Of a stretch of 64,000 nt of DNA, positions 1 to 12,480 are shown in pieces. The notes under the pieces were generated by a model. It searched no databases and was not told where the DNA came from. It was given only the letters and a program-made list of their open reading frames with translations. Within the stretch, counting starts at the first letter, position 1; every line of letters begins with the position of its first letter. The position numbers were made by a program, and so were the translations under genes. The stretch comes from Bugula neritina (taxonomy: Eukaryota > Animalia > Bryozoa), in the NCBI GenBank assembly GCA_964035545.1, contig OZ037766.1, forward strand, positions 5,818,722-5,882,721, in the 5' to 3' direction.

Positions 1-225
1 AAAATATTTGAACTCCAAACTTATAAATTAACAAAATTTAAGAAACTTTGTTAAGAAAAGTTCAGCAAATTTAAAAAAAATGCAAATTCATCTAAAATCA
101 AAAGTTTTCAATACATATCCTACGGAAATATAGAATAATTGTGACGGCAATATAACTGAATATTAATAAAACTAATTTTGTGTATTAGAACCCGTATAAA
201 TAAGTATCTTCACAGCCTACAATAC

Positions 226-2423
226 CTTAAACATTTCAGCATTGACCGTGGCAGTTCTAAAAGCACCAGCAAGGTAGAATTGAATCCTAGTATGTTCTTC
301 ACCAGAGTTGGTCATAAATGTGTTGGAGCTGCAGAAGAACACTGTTTAGTGAGTTTGTATTCAAATATCTGATAGTTTTATAAATCCACATAATATAAAG
401 CAGGTAAAACATGTGGCAAGAATTTTCAAGAGTTATAAACATAGATGATGTTTTTTATAAATAAAAAATCTGTTGAAGAGGTGAAATTTTTAATTGACAA
501 TTTGTTGAATAAGGCACAAAAACATATTGAATGACAATTGGACCTACTGAGAAAGTCAATGTGCAATAGGCAATGACTGCTGAGATTTATAATCAAAACT
601 AACTAAGTAGCAGAAAAACTCATCAACATCAAAGTTCCTGCTAACAAATCACTAAAAATCTACTTACATGACATGTTGCCTCCTCCCTCTTCGATTTGTC
701 TCCCCATGAGCCTTCACAGGCTGGCCCAAGGCATCCAACACCTATTAGATATGCAGGAAATGACAATTACACGATTAGGTACAATAACATGTGCATTAAA
801 ATACAACATATTAATTAGACTACTGATACTTGTTTTGCTCACCTCCCTGCCTTTGTTTCACTTGCTTAAAGTTTTAGCCACGTGGTAAACTAATAATTTA
901 GAACTTATTTTTAACCACACATACTAAAACATACTTTTTAAAATATCATTAGTAAAAAAGCAAATTGGCTTTTTATTAGTTTTTACAACTGAATGTAATG
1001 AGTTCCAAAAAATTATGCTTGCGATTAAAGTTTTGATATGTTTATCAAACTTTTCGACTTAATTCAAAATTTCGTTAAAAGTTTTTTCAACTAAACAAAC
1101 AAGATAAAGTAGAAACATTATGAATACAAATACTATTATAATAGACATAAAGTTGTCTCCCTTATAAGTAGAAGATAACTCTATAGATACAAAATAGTGT
1201 AGAAAATTACCTTGCAATGATGGTAATATAAAAAGAACTACAATGTTTTTAACAATTGCATGTATCTAATAGCATATAAACATAGCATAGCTGATGAAAA
1301 TTGGTGTTTCCAACACCCATCTGACAGTTGCTGTTTAATGACTTATAGTCACTCTCAACAGTCGCCCAACTATAATAAAAAACTACTGTGGTGTTGACCA
1401 TAATCATTATTATAATGATTATTTCTCAGAAAATATCTCATTTTACACTGGAATAATTCTTAAAATTGACATGCATACATAGAGTTTATGACTATTGCTG
1501 TAACTTAATAAGCAATATTGCTTCTATTTTGAATAATAAAAGTTGCAAATCATTTATAGCAACTTTGATTAACTTTTTCACAACTCAGTTTGGAATGAAC
1601 GGTATGATTACTAAATGATGTTTTCCAATAGAATAATAAATAAGACAACTCTACAAAGCCAGGTGTTGGTCACATAATAAAATGCTGTTGGATTAACACT
1701 TCAACTAGAATAATTGAGAGAAAATACTAACCTTGGTACTATTTAAGCACTTTGTAAAAGCTTTACTGTAGACAGCATTTGAACCAGATGATCCAAATAA
1801 CTCTGAGCCAACAGCATAGAACAATATACCTGCAGGTCATAACACTAGAGTGATGTCTTGCTTTAGAAAAATAATATTATGGTTACAATAGAATACAAAA
1901 ATATAGAACTACTTTCAAAATTACGCGTCTTGTTTTTAATTTACATTTGCTAAAGTTTTATATAAAGATATGACCAACCTGTAACTCCAATGCCAACAGC
2001 AATTATCAAGAGATATGTCAAATCTGTTCCTGCTCTTACCACTGAAATATCAAACAAACACTAAAAATTAAGAACTATATTGTAAAAATATTCAATTTGA
2101 ACAGGACACAACATTCTTGAAGTAAAAGTAAAATCTAGAATCATAATATTTTTAAAATCAATTTTGTTTTCAATTTTAATTGAGATATCTGCTCCACCTT
2201 TTTCTCCAAATGACAAATGTGCGTAAGGCCGCTCTCTTTGTATATCTATTTCCTTTCCAGAATCTTCAGTAGCAGGTTTCTGGACTTGGAAAACATAAGC
2301 TGACGTTGCTAGGTTTTTAAGAGCACATTTATCACAGAACCAATGTTGTTGTAACAGAATTCTCTTTAGGTTAGCAGGATATGGAAGACGCTGAGATAGC
2401 ACTCGGAGTACTGTTGAAGACAT
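226..2423 (-). CDS. TIMM21: Mitochondrial import inner membrane translocase subunit Tim21 (last exon(s) beyond left edge)
   Basis: Exons 2423-2198, 2041-1979, 1829-1732, 741-668, 328-226; all GT-AG and phase-consistent. Protein: basic presequence-like N-terminus, then FGEKVVRAGTDLTYLLIIAVGIGVTGILFYAVGSELFGSSGSNAVYSKAFTKC...LGQPVKAHGETNRRGRRQHV...HTRIQFYLAG, matching the Tim21 TM segment and GE-x-x-RRGRRQHV motif. Confidence 0.95.
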
Positions 2424-2639
2424 GACGCTATATAAGTATAGAATATTTCAAATGTTCATCTAAAACAAAATAAACAATAACTTGGAAATCTACTAGTAAT
2501 AAATCATAAAATTGTTAGCAAAATTTTATGGCTAGGATATACGACATTATGATATACACAATTACATAACTATCATTTCTGCAACAAGTTTAGTAAATTA
2601 TAAAACTTATCACGTATGCAGCAAGAGTTGAGACTTATG

Positions 2640-2880
2640 TTATGGTAAGAACTGAAGTTCAACTTCAAGTACTACTACTAGTAGAACTACTAGGCTACGT
2701 CTACTACTAATATTACTACTAATAGTAATAGTAGTAGTAGTACTACTACTACCACTACCACTACTAGTAGTAGTACTAATAGTAGTAGTACTACTAGTTG
2801 AGTACAGTAGACGTAGTACTACTACTAGTAGTACTATGTCTACTACTAGAAGTTCAAGTTCTACCACTACTTCAGTTCTT
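2640..2880. repeat. Degenerate TAG/TAC/TAA periodic low-complexity tract in TIMM21 5'UTR intron
   Basis: Runs such as actactacta gtagtagtag; produces the spurious S/T/V-rich ORF 2640..2996. Confidence 0.85.
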
Positions 2881-3167
2881 GCCTCACATTGATATTCTAC
2901 AAGAACGAGGAGCTCTCTCACACTAATCACCAAAAGTAGAGCTACGACTTTGCTCATACAACTATAGTTAGTGTTGGTTTTGTACAAGTTAATCAATCAG
3001 TTTGAGTTTATTTAAAATCAATTACCTTAGCTTTTTAAATTTTTAGGCTTTGGTTCAACTTCATGTGTGACATTGACAGCGATGTAGGGTCACCTGCTAC
3101 CGGAAAACAACTTGGCTAACTGTATCGGTTGTAAGATTCTAAGCTAAAAAGTATTTTGCGCTTCGGG

Positions 3168-3292
3168 AATTGCTAGAAACAGCACCAGGTTGGGAGTGAC
3201 TGAGTACAGTATTTATATAGATATTATTACCCCACTCCACTCCCAAACAGCTGTACTCAGCCACCTTTAGTTTGGTGTTTCTTCAAGCGATT
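3168..3292. promoter_or_regulatory. Bidirectional core promoter of TIMM21 (-; predicted TSS 3201) and PAGR1 (+; predicted TSS 3259)
   Basis: Two inverted copies of an Inr-like TCAG plus a downstream GGTG..TTC.AGC(G/A)ATT motif. A minus-strand donor at 3025 and an acceptor near 2460 give a plausible TIMM21 5'UTR exon/intron. Confidence 0.7.
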
Positions 3293-3479
3293 TTCAAGCA
3301 ATTGCGCTGATACTTTAAAAATTAAAACGAAGATGCTACCTCTCAAAATGAAAATACAAGCCCAAGGCAATTACTAATATTTATCACGTTATTGGTTATA
3401 GCTACTGTAAATCAGTGGATGTAATGCTAAAAGTAGACACTCTTAAGTATTGTTATTAGTTATACGAGTTCTTAATGTT

Positions 3480-4400
3480 CACATGTAATAAATAATAATA
3501 TAATTTAATAATTATAAATTATAATAATTTAGATTATTATTAATAATAATAATATTATTATTAATTATGTTCAATTGATCATATAAATGAAAATATAATT
3601 CTATCAGAGAACATATTGAATTTGATATTCATTTTGATAATTATAATAATATTAAATTTAATGATGGTAATCATAGTCATAATGATAATGATAATCAGAA
3701 TAATATAACTATAAGTATAACTATAAGTAATAATTATAATTATAATTTTCATAATCATAATGATAATCAGGGTCACAATGACAATCACACTGACAATAAC
3801 TTTAAGCCCTAAGCCTAAGGGGTTCAGAATCAAATTCCAGGAGAATAAAATTAATAATAATAATATTAATTACTAGTAAGTAATAAAATAAAAAATGAAA
3901 TTACAAACAACTAATACTAGTACTTGAAGTTGTACTAGTAGACAGTAGTACTTAGTAGTACTACAAGTACCATAACAGTAACAGTATGAGTGTGGATTAC
4001 AAATACAGTAACGACTAGTACTAGATGAATCATAATCTTAAACTTAATCATAGTGGCAATACTAATGGTATTTGTTTAATAGTAATACTAATACGTAATA
4101 GTAATACGAATAGTAATTATTAACGAGTGTATGTGTTTATTACACTTATTAGTATTACTAATACTATTAGTATTAGTATAGTTATTACTATAACTCTAGT
4201 ATTACTATTACATTCAGTTCTGCCACAAATACAAGTATAATTTATAATCTTAATCATTTAATAAATTATTGCATTTAATAAGCAATAGACTAATAAAAAT
4301 AGTATTAATATTGCAGTTAATAACTATTACAACTAGTAAATAAGTATTAGTATTACTAATACTGTTATTACTATAACTATTAGTGTTAGATTTAGTATGA
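3480..4400. repeat. Degenerate 3/6-bp periodic AT-rich tract downstream of predicted PAGR1 TSS
   Basis: Units such as ATAATC, TAGTAA, TATAAC, AGTATT; produces the spurious Ile-rich ORF 3579..3833. Confidence 0.8.
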
Positions 4401-4960
4401 AGCCACACAGTATGAATACGATTATTTTATCTACAATAAATGTAAGCTCTTTTTCTTTTATATAACTTGACTTTCTAAATCCTCAGCCGACACCATTCCT
4501 ATGTTGACTTCTTTCTCACTAGCAAATCTTCTGTTGTGTGGAGTAAAGTCTGTTACTGCTGTAATGGCCCATGTCATTTTTTGTTACACTCCCTCATTCA
4601 AATCCAGCATTTCTCACCGTATCCTGTATTTTTTACATTTATGTTGTCTACCTCTAGTACTTTTATAAACTTAGTGGTATGGTTTCTTTACCATTTCTGC
4701 TCATTCCAGAGTTTGAATTTTTCAAGGCAGTTTCTCTTTTCTATATTAAATCAAACCTTTTCGTCCAGCTAGCCAATTTAGTTTTTCCTTTCAGTTGCTT
4801 ACGAATGAAACTTTTAGGTTGTAAAAATCCTGTTATTCTAAAGGCTAACCAGTTATTGGTACTTCAATTATTAGTTTACATCTTAATCCAATAATCTTAT
4901 TTAGTTTCATCTTTTGATAATATTAGGAAATATTTTCTTTTAAAGTTTTTGTGAAATAAT

Positions 4961-5444
4961 TTGGTGCCATCCCAGATAGACGCTTCCCAGTTAGACGATA
5001 TTTATTTATTTTAGTACAATATAATTATATGTATTTTATGTGCAATTTATTTGAATATTGTTGAAATTATATATGTATATTTAAATAAGTTTGGATCAAT
5101 TGTTTGTTATTTAGCACGTAAAAAATTCCTTTGATCTGCATTAACTTATTAATAGCGCATTTTCTATACTTATTGTTTGAAAAATAATATTTCAATAATA
5201 AATACTCATTAAAGATAATGTATAGAAATAATGTATTCCTGTTTTTAGTCTCACACAAATTCGTGCAAATTGGAACATTATTCCAGATAATTCAAATTAA
5301 CTGTTATTTCATGTTTAGCAATCAATACCTACAACAGTTATATAGGTATGTGTAGGTATATTACTATATATATCGCACCAAAATAAAAATAGTGTCTAAC
5401 TGGGAAGCATCCAAGTGGGAAGTGTCTATCTGAAATGAAGCCAA
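4961..5444. mobile_element. MITE-like element with long imperfect terminal inverted repeats
   Basis: Left arm ttggtgccatcccagatagacgcttcccagttagacgatattt; reverse complement of right arm ttggcttcatttcagatagacacttccc...gcttcccagttagacactattt. No ORF inside; TSD unclear. Confidence 0.7.
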
Positions 5445-6778
5445 TAATTTTACCCATTTGCTTCATCCATGGTTTTTTCCAAGTTTATTCTATCATCAGC
5501 CATTCTAGGTGTTTCTTATAAATTGTGACTTTCAGCAAAACTCATACATGGTTAGGTTGTTGATCTTTTTAGAGCTAAATTCTTAATCTTTCAAATAATA
5601 TTTTGATTAAAATTGTTTCAAATGAATGATAAATGCATTGTTTTCATTTACTAAGATTTGATAGCCAGTGTAGTATTTTTTGCAATAGGTGCATGATTTA
5701 TACAGTTTTAATAACAGTGCATTTAGAATCTAGAGCAGTGTGAAAAGCTAAATTATTCAATTCTAGTACTAGTTGTAATTTGATTATTTTGGTTGATTTG
5801 TGAATTTAATTTCTGTTCTAAATACTTGATATTTTTGTGTGGTTACTTTATTTTAGACATCAACTAAGAATATATTATGAGATGGTATCTGCCAAATGTT
5901 TAAAGCATTTACAAAAAAAAACACTTATAATTATTAAGGCTTGTCAGGCGTAAACTATTTATGCATTATCTGATTTTTTTGTATCAATATAAGATTTGTT
6001 GCAGTAAGCTCGATATTAGAATCTTTATTAATAAGACCAAACATTTTGACCATAAGATAAATGATCATTTTGAAGGCTCTTGTCCTCTTTTTATAAATTT
6101 GGATTTGATCAAGTGTTAATAATGCTTAAAAAGTATTGAGTGTTACAATGTTTAGTTTTGTCAAACTTGCAAGTTCATTCCCATTGACTCGGTTTAATTT
6201 AGATTGAATTAATACATATATTTTGCTTAATTTATAACTTGGGTTGACCTAATTTGCCCAATAGTTGACTTAATTTCACATAAATCTGACCATATCCTGC
6301 TTTTGATAATTGTTACTTCAAAAGAGCAATGGTTAAGGCTATTCATAATTTCTCTGTGAATAATTATGTACGTCATTAATCAAAAATAAATATGAACTTA
6401 CTATTAGAAGCAAAGCTAATTATATATTTTTAAAAGCCATTCATCAAAAAATAAAATAGTTACTAATATTAAATTTTTAAACAGTTCTGAAGATAAAATT
6501 GTTAGTTTATTTGAGATATAAAGAAGTTTATTTGAATAGCAGTAATTTTGTTAGACTCATGTCCTGCCTTTAAGTTGGGAGTAATCTAATGCATGGTTGC
6601 AAAATCCATTATATGCACAGCTACATTTTACTATTTTTTGTCAAAATTAAGATAAAATCAGCAAAGAAAATAAATTTTCTTCAAATTTATGGAAATAAAT
6701 TACAATCCTTTCTTCAGATTACTTTGGAGTCAAATTTGAATTATTATAGACTGGTTTCTCCACAGTAGTGAGTAGAGT

Positions 6779-7990
6779 ATGGAGGGGTACTCTAGTGATG
6801 AAGAGTTGTATAACCCAACGAAACAGAAGGGAGACGTCTGGGAACCTGAACCTAAAACCATTGTTGAACTGTACGAGAAACTAGATAAGGTAAGATCCGC
6901 TGTCTTGGATTTCATAAAACTGTTTAGAGTACATTTCATGCTTTCATTTGTATGTCGGTGCTGTTGTTATTAATAAGTATGTGATAGTAACTCAATCTTG
7001 ATCCTAACCCAGATAGATATATTCTCATTCAGAATTGGTTGTTTATCTCAACTGAAATACTTTTTGTGATTGCTAATTTTTCTAAGTTGACAATATTCAG
7101 GAAAATTTATGCAAAGGTTAAGCCAAATTTATAGAACTTATTAAGTTGTCCAATTTAAAATAACAATATTTTGTTGTTCAGCAACATCAAAGAACTTGTT
7201 AGCTCCATTGAGAATACATTATGCAACACTGGCATATGCTATAGGAGTATTTTAATTATGTAGAAGATATAATAAACTCATTTCACGCAACTCGTATCTA
7301 GCGATTTCAGTTACTTCAAACTGCAGTATTATTTCAAGTGTGTTAAATTCTTTATGAGATATTTTGCTAATTATCAATTATTAGATTGTGAAATCTCTAA
7401 ACTTTGAAGAACTAAAATATTTAAATGTGTAATTTTGCTAATTGTTCTACATTATGTGTTGGTAAATGGTCTATTTTTTCATTTTAATAATATATGGTTG
7501 CTAAACCAACTGAAATTTTTGTGGTAGAATAATTATTTTATAGGCTGCTTCACCTTCAGTAATAATTTCTTCAATGTCTTGAGCTCCCATTACTGTGATT
7601 TATTATGTCTGGTGTCACTTGTCTGCTTCATCATCCTTTTAGAATGAAGTTTTAGAGTTGAAATGGAAATCTCCTGGGAGAATGTCCCTGTTAAAGGAGA
7701 CAACTCCTCTAAAACAACAGGAGATTGTAAAAGAAACTCCAGAGGAAGTTTTAAAACTTCAACAAAAGCAAAACATAGTTTCCATGTTTGAAGAAGATGA
7801 TTTGTCTAATAAGGCGAACACGCCTAGTCTAAATAAAACCCCTAAAGTATCACGGGCTGTTCCAAGAGCTAAGGCTTCATTTGACAAAATATTCAATAGG
7901 GTTACCCATCAGTCTATGTCTGCTAATGCTGAGGATAAAACGGTTACCGAACAGTCATCTCAGCAGCCGAATCAATTAAGTGGTAGTTGA
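6779..7990 (+). CDS. PAGR1: PAXIP1-associated glutamate-rich protein 1 (PA1)
   Basis: Exons 6779-6889 and 7643-7990 (phase 0). SSDEE...WEPEPKTIVELYEKLDK|NEVLELKWKSPGR and C-terminal KASFDKIF resemble the conserved PAGR1 blocks. AATAAA near 8378. Confidence 0.8.
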
Positions 7991-8920
7991 GTGCAAATAA
8001 GAATATTATGCTGTCATTAGGCTTCAAACTGGGTGACTTGTAATTGCAAGTTGTGTACTGATTTAAAACCTTCCCTGTGACTGTAGACTAAATGGCTATA
8101 CTAGCTTTAGCTATAACTACTTTATTTTATGTATAAACTGTAAATTAATTTCATGTCATATAGCACTGTCTATAATAGGTTATACTCAACAGTTACTATA
8201 AAGTTATTGTTGGTTATGATAGGCATTCATTTTAGTTTTTTATTGGAAAGATATGTTTTAATGGTCCCAGTTATCATCCAAGTTCTTTTAACTGTTTTTT
8301 TATTTTTACAACATTATTATGTAAGCTTTTCAAAACCATTTTTATTTTTTTAGACAGTATTTGTAGTGTACTTGCACAATAAACCCTTTAATATATTATT
8401 ATACTCATAAACTTTTATTGACCATAATATTCCTGAATAGACCTGGTAATATGATATGAATGAGCCCTGTCAAAATTTCTACTAATAAATTGACTGCTAA
8501 TGATATCCTTTGTCATACAAATTTTGTTGAAATTTTATAATTAAGCATGTGAGGCATTATAGAGAGCCTGCATCTCATTGCTGTGTGATCTAAATAAAAT
8601 ATGCAAAACATTGCTAACAATATTCTCCATGCACACTATTCTGAGGGGATAAAACTTGAATTCTACACTAATCAGCAGAATGATTATTAATCCTGAGCTT
8701 GCTTAATATAAAATTGCCACCCGATCAGGACATGGCAGTGAAAGGTGAGCAAGCAGATGCATACAAGTGGCTCATTGAAGCTGAACGAATTGCTTGATAG
8801 TTTGGTTGAAACACAGGCAGTTTCTACCTCACGTGTCGCTTCACTAAAAAGTAATTGATTTACTAGAAGCTTGTCATAATAACGGATGAGTTCTTTGAGC
8901 TAGAGCATTCTCTCAGTAGC

Positions 8921-9140
8921 ATGAAAGAAATATTGGAATCCTCAACCATGTCCGTTAAAAATGGAGTAAACGACGATGAAGTAATAACGGATATTGCTCA
9001 GAACGAAGTTGCAAAAGCTTCAGATGGGTTGGCATTGGGAAACAAAGCAAAAAGTCAGGAAGGAAAGTCGTCAACTTTGAATCGTCTAAAAAAGAAAGAC
9101 AGACAACTGAGTAGTAGCACAGGGCTTGTTGGTGGTATGG
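8921..9140 (+). CDS. SEPTIN7: Candidate distal alternative first coding exon of SEPT7 (MKEILESS...GGM, phase 1)
   Basis: 73-codon ORF ending at consensus donor G|gtaagt; no other + strand gene follows. It needs a phase 1->0 adaptor exon (candidate 14736-14761). Confidence 0.5.
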
Positions 9141-11355
9141 GTAAGTAAATAACATTATTATGATAATATAAATTATAACATTTACTGAATAATTATTAGA
9201 GTATTAAGTTCCTCTATCATTAATTTTGCATCTTTCCTTTCTATAGAGTATAGAATGTAAACACATCTCATACGCACCATGCATGAGGATGTTATATGAA
9301 CTCTAATTGACAACAAAATCACCAAAACACATGAAAGCTATCATCAAAGCTGTTTGAAAAATAAAAAGATGACAGTATCTTTGCAAATAGATTGAACCCT
9401 ATGTATACAATGTACAACCCACAGCACTGATAACTTTATCACTGTTCATGACATTTTGCAACTTCATTATACAGCTATACTATTTTTTCTACATAAATCA
9501 AATCAGAGACTGCAGAGTTTCAATAAGAATTATTATTATCTGCATACATTATACTGACATGTGTACCTGCCGGCTATGGCAAATGTGAGTGGGCGTTTTG
9601 TAGCAATATGAATCAGTGGAGTCATTGGTAATAAAGTTTAAAATTAGACCGGAAATATCAATTGAGATTTTAAAGTTCCACTAAGAGAAATATCGCACAT
9701 TCATTCAAGAAGTAAAGCATACAAATTATAACTCGGTCAACTAATTTTAGTACACAGCTTACATGTATCTTTCATTATGTACAAATTTCTAGCAGTTTCA
9801 ATCACTTGAAATAAAAATATGTGCATGCAAGATACTCAACTTATTTAGTTTAAGTTGCAGTGAAAATACTGAATACACTTTTGCAACTCGTAACAAAAAT
9901 TTCACCTGGTCAATTAGATGTTTTCAACTTACTTGTAGCCTACTATTTGAACATCCAGTACAGTCATTGGGATGATTGCTGTGACTAAATGCACCTCACA
10001 GCAACTGAAATTTTCAACCTTCCAGTTTGAATTAATGCAAGCAGAAAATTTGAGATTTCATAAACCAGGATTGATTGAATCTTTCCACAGTAACAAAGTT
10101 TCCTCCAACTCTCTAGGTCACAAAATAAAGTATATATTTTATACTGCCTTATTGGCTAAAGCAACACATGCAGTACATTGTATTCTAAAGTCTGTTTTTT
10201 TAAATTTCTCTATATCATGAAAATATAATATTGAAAATTTTCCACCTGTTAAAAATTGAAATGAAACTAGCTTGTAGATAATAACTCTGCACAACTAAAT
10301 TACCACAATTGTATGAATTAAATTAGTAGAGTGTTTGCTTTTTTATAATACCAATAATGTGTACAATCGGCAATCATTGCAATTTTGGCAAAAAAGCTGT
10401 TTTCAGTAGTAATTCACTCAACTCAACAAATTATTATTAATTGGTTATGCTGAAGCTTAAATGGTAAGGAATATTTTAGCACCAGAGTTACTAATTGAAG
10501 AGTTATCTCCTCAGGAAGACCAGTCCAATACTCTAAGGAGTTATTTGCTAACATTATTGCTTGGTTTGGGTGTTTTATTGGTTACAGAATTGATTGAACG
10601 CCTTAGTTACTTTTAGTGACAGAATTGCTATGCATTAATGAAAATGACCGCAATTAATAAAAATAGCATAATGTAGTTGTTGATAAGGATGAAGATTTTA
10701 TTGGCGGGTTCGGCATTTTCATTCAAATACCAAATTTGATACAATGTCAATGACTTTTAACCCGGGAAAGCCGATCGCCAAATTATGCGTGCTGTAGTCC
10801 AATCTTTTAACGCACGCACGTAAAGATGCTCTATAAAAGTACGATACGTTTTATATTTAGTGTTATTAAAGTAATGCACTATGATTGCTCAACCTCCACT
10901 TCCTCATGCTGTCTTTATTAATTATTTTGCATTACAGTTACTCATCTTCTCATACTGTGTCACCCAGTGCATGGAGGTTCATTCGGTGAAGTTGGTTTTG
11001 TTAGGTGTAATTTTAGATTGGCAATCCATTTTAAATAGACAAATACATAAAACGAATTATTAGTATACTCGTGTTTTATTTCAGCCCCAGGTGCCTACAA
11101 GTACATTTATTGGGAATTACTCACTTAGTCTTATACTTTTAGTTATTTAGTTTAGTGTTAGGGCTAGGAGTGTTTGACCGTTTCTCAGCGATTTGCACTA
11201 ACACTTACCCTCCTGTCACTCACAGTGAGTCTGAGTGTGGCAGTTACTGTAACTTTAATAGTTCAACGGCACAATAGTTATAGATTATCGTCTTAGAGTG
11301 ACATTTCGGTGAAGTTGTTTGTGACTTTGAGTTTGTCATCATCATCATTATCATC

Positions 11356-11377
11356 ATGCCTCCCCCACGGCAAATGG
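11356..11377 (+). CDS. SEPTIN7: Candidate alternative first coding exon of SEPT7 (MPPPRQM, phase 1)
   Basis: ATG CCT CCC CCA CGG CAA ATG G|gtgagt, ~200 bp downstream of a promoter-motif copy (predicted TSS 11160). Confidence 0.55.
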
Positions 11378-11439
11378 GTGAGTTGTAGGGAAGTTGTACT
11401 TCAACTTGGTCTTGTAGTCTTGACTTTAAGCTTAAGAAT

Positions 11440-12480
11440 AAGAATAAGTTTACTTTTAGTCCTGTAAAAGCTAAGCCTAATACTTAATACTAATAGTAAT
11501 ATTAATATACAATAGTATTACTATTACTATTAGTAATATTAATAGACATAGTAATAGTAATGCTAAGTCTAATAGTAATACTGATAGTGATAGTAAATTA
11601 TGTGATACTAATACTAATAATAATAGTAATATTACTACTAGTAGTACTAGCAGTAGTAATAATAGTATTATATTTATAATAATTAATGATTATATAATAT
11701 TCATATCTATTCATATTGATAGCTTTTAAAATTGTAACTGTAAGCTCCGACACTTGTAGTTATTTCTATTAGTTAATGGCAGTCCTAACACTGAAAGTCC
11801 ACGTAGACTTCCAAGTACTCTCTGATCTAGTCATTAAATCCATTAGCCATAGGTAAATTTACTGTTAGCATTACACTGTTACTATTAGTACAACTATTAG
11901 CTTTAAGCTACTGTTACTTTTAGTTTTAGGCTTAGTCAATCATGAGCACAATCTCACTATGAGTTTGAGTTACAATATGAATATCAAATTCAATGTGATT
12001 ATGAGAAAATTGAAATGGCTTGAATCGATAGTATTAGTTATAAATTATTATTGTAATAGTTATAGTGATTTCCGGTGGCTGTAAATTAGAGTGTTGGGGT
12101 ATATGACTAATTCTACTAAGTCTGACTCATATTGCTGACACTAACACAGTCAGATAACTTGTGAGCACTAGTAAGTGAAATTGTGCATTGTACTTTATAA
12201 TAAGTAGGTCTTACTTGCCATTGCAATAATAATTCTCACATTTGTCAAGTGAAAGTACTATGCTTAGGTATTATCCACACCCTAAACTCAGTAAATACAG
12301 CAGATAAGTAACAACTGATAGTCTAACACTCTGAGTATGATTAAATGTAACCTGTCAGTGTTAGACATTGAGTATAACTATAAGTATTAGTAATAGTTTT
12401 AGCTGTACTTCAAGTATTAGTTATATTGTTTTAAGTATCAATTTAATTAATACTTAAAACCCATAATCACTATGACTAAC
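11440..12480. repeat. Degenerate 3/6-bp periodic AT-rich tract following the SEPT7 MPPPRQM exon
   Basis: taatagtaat attaatatac aatagtatta ctattactat..., the same texture as 3480-4400. Confidence 0.75.

Noticed and set aside
3168-3292. Interpretation of the inverted motif pair as a MITE or hairpin ncRNA
   Set aside because: No TSD; arms match only at fixed positions; copies elsewhere are oriented with gene starts. Not fully excluded.
2640-3833. ORFs 2640..2996 and 3579..3833
   Set aside because: Translations of periodic low-complexity DNA with non-ATG starts; no splice or homology support.
10690-10830. CpG-richer patch resembling a decayed DNA-transposon fragment
   Set aside because: No TIR pair or TSD could be defined.
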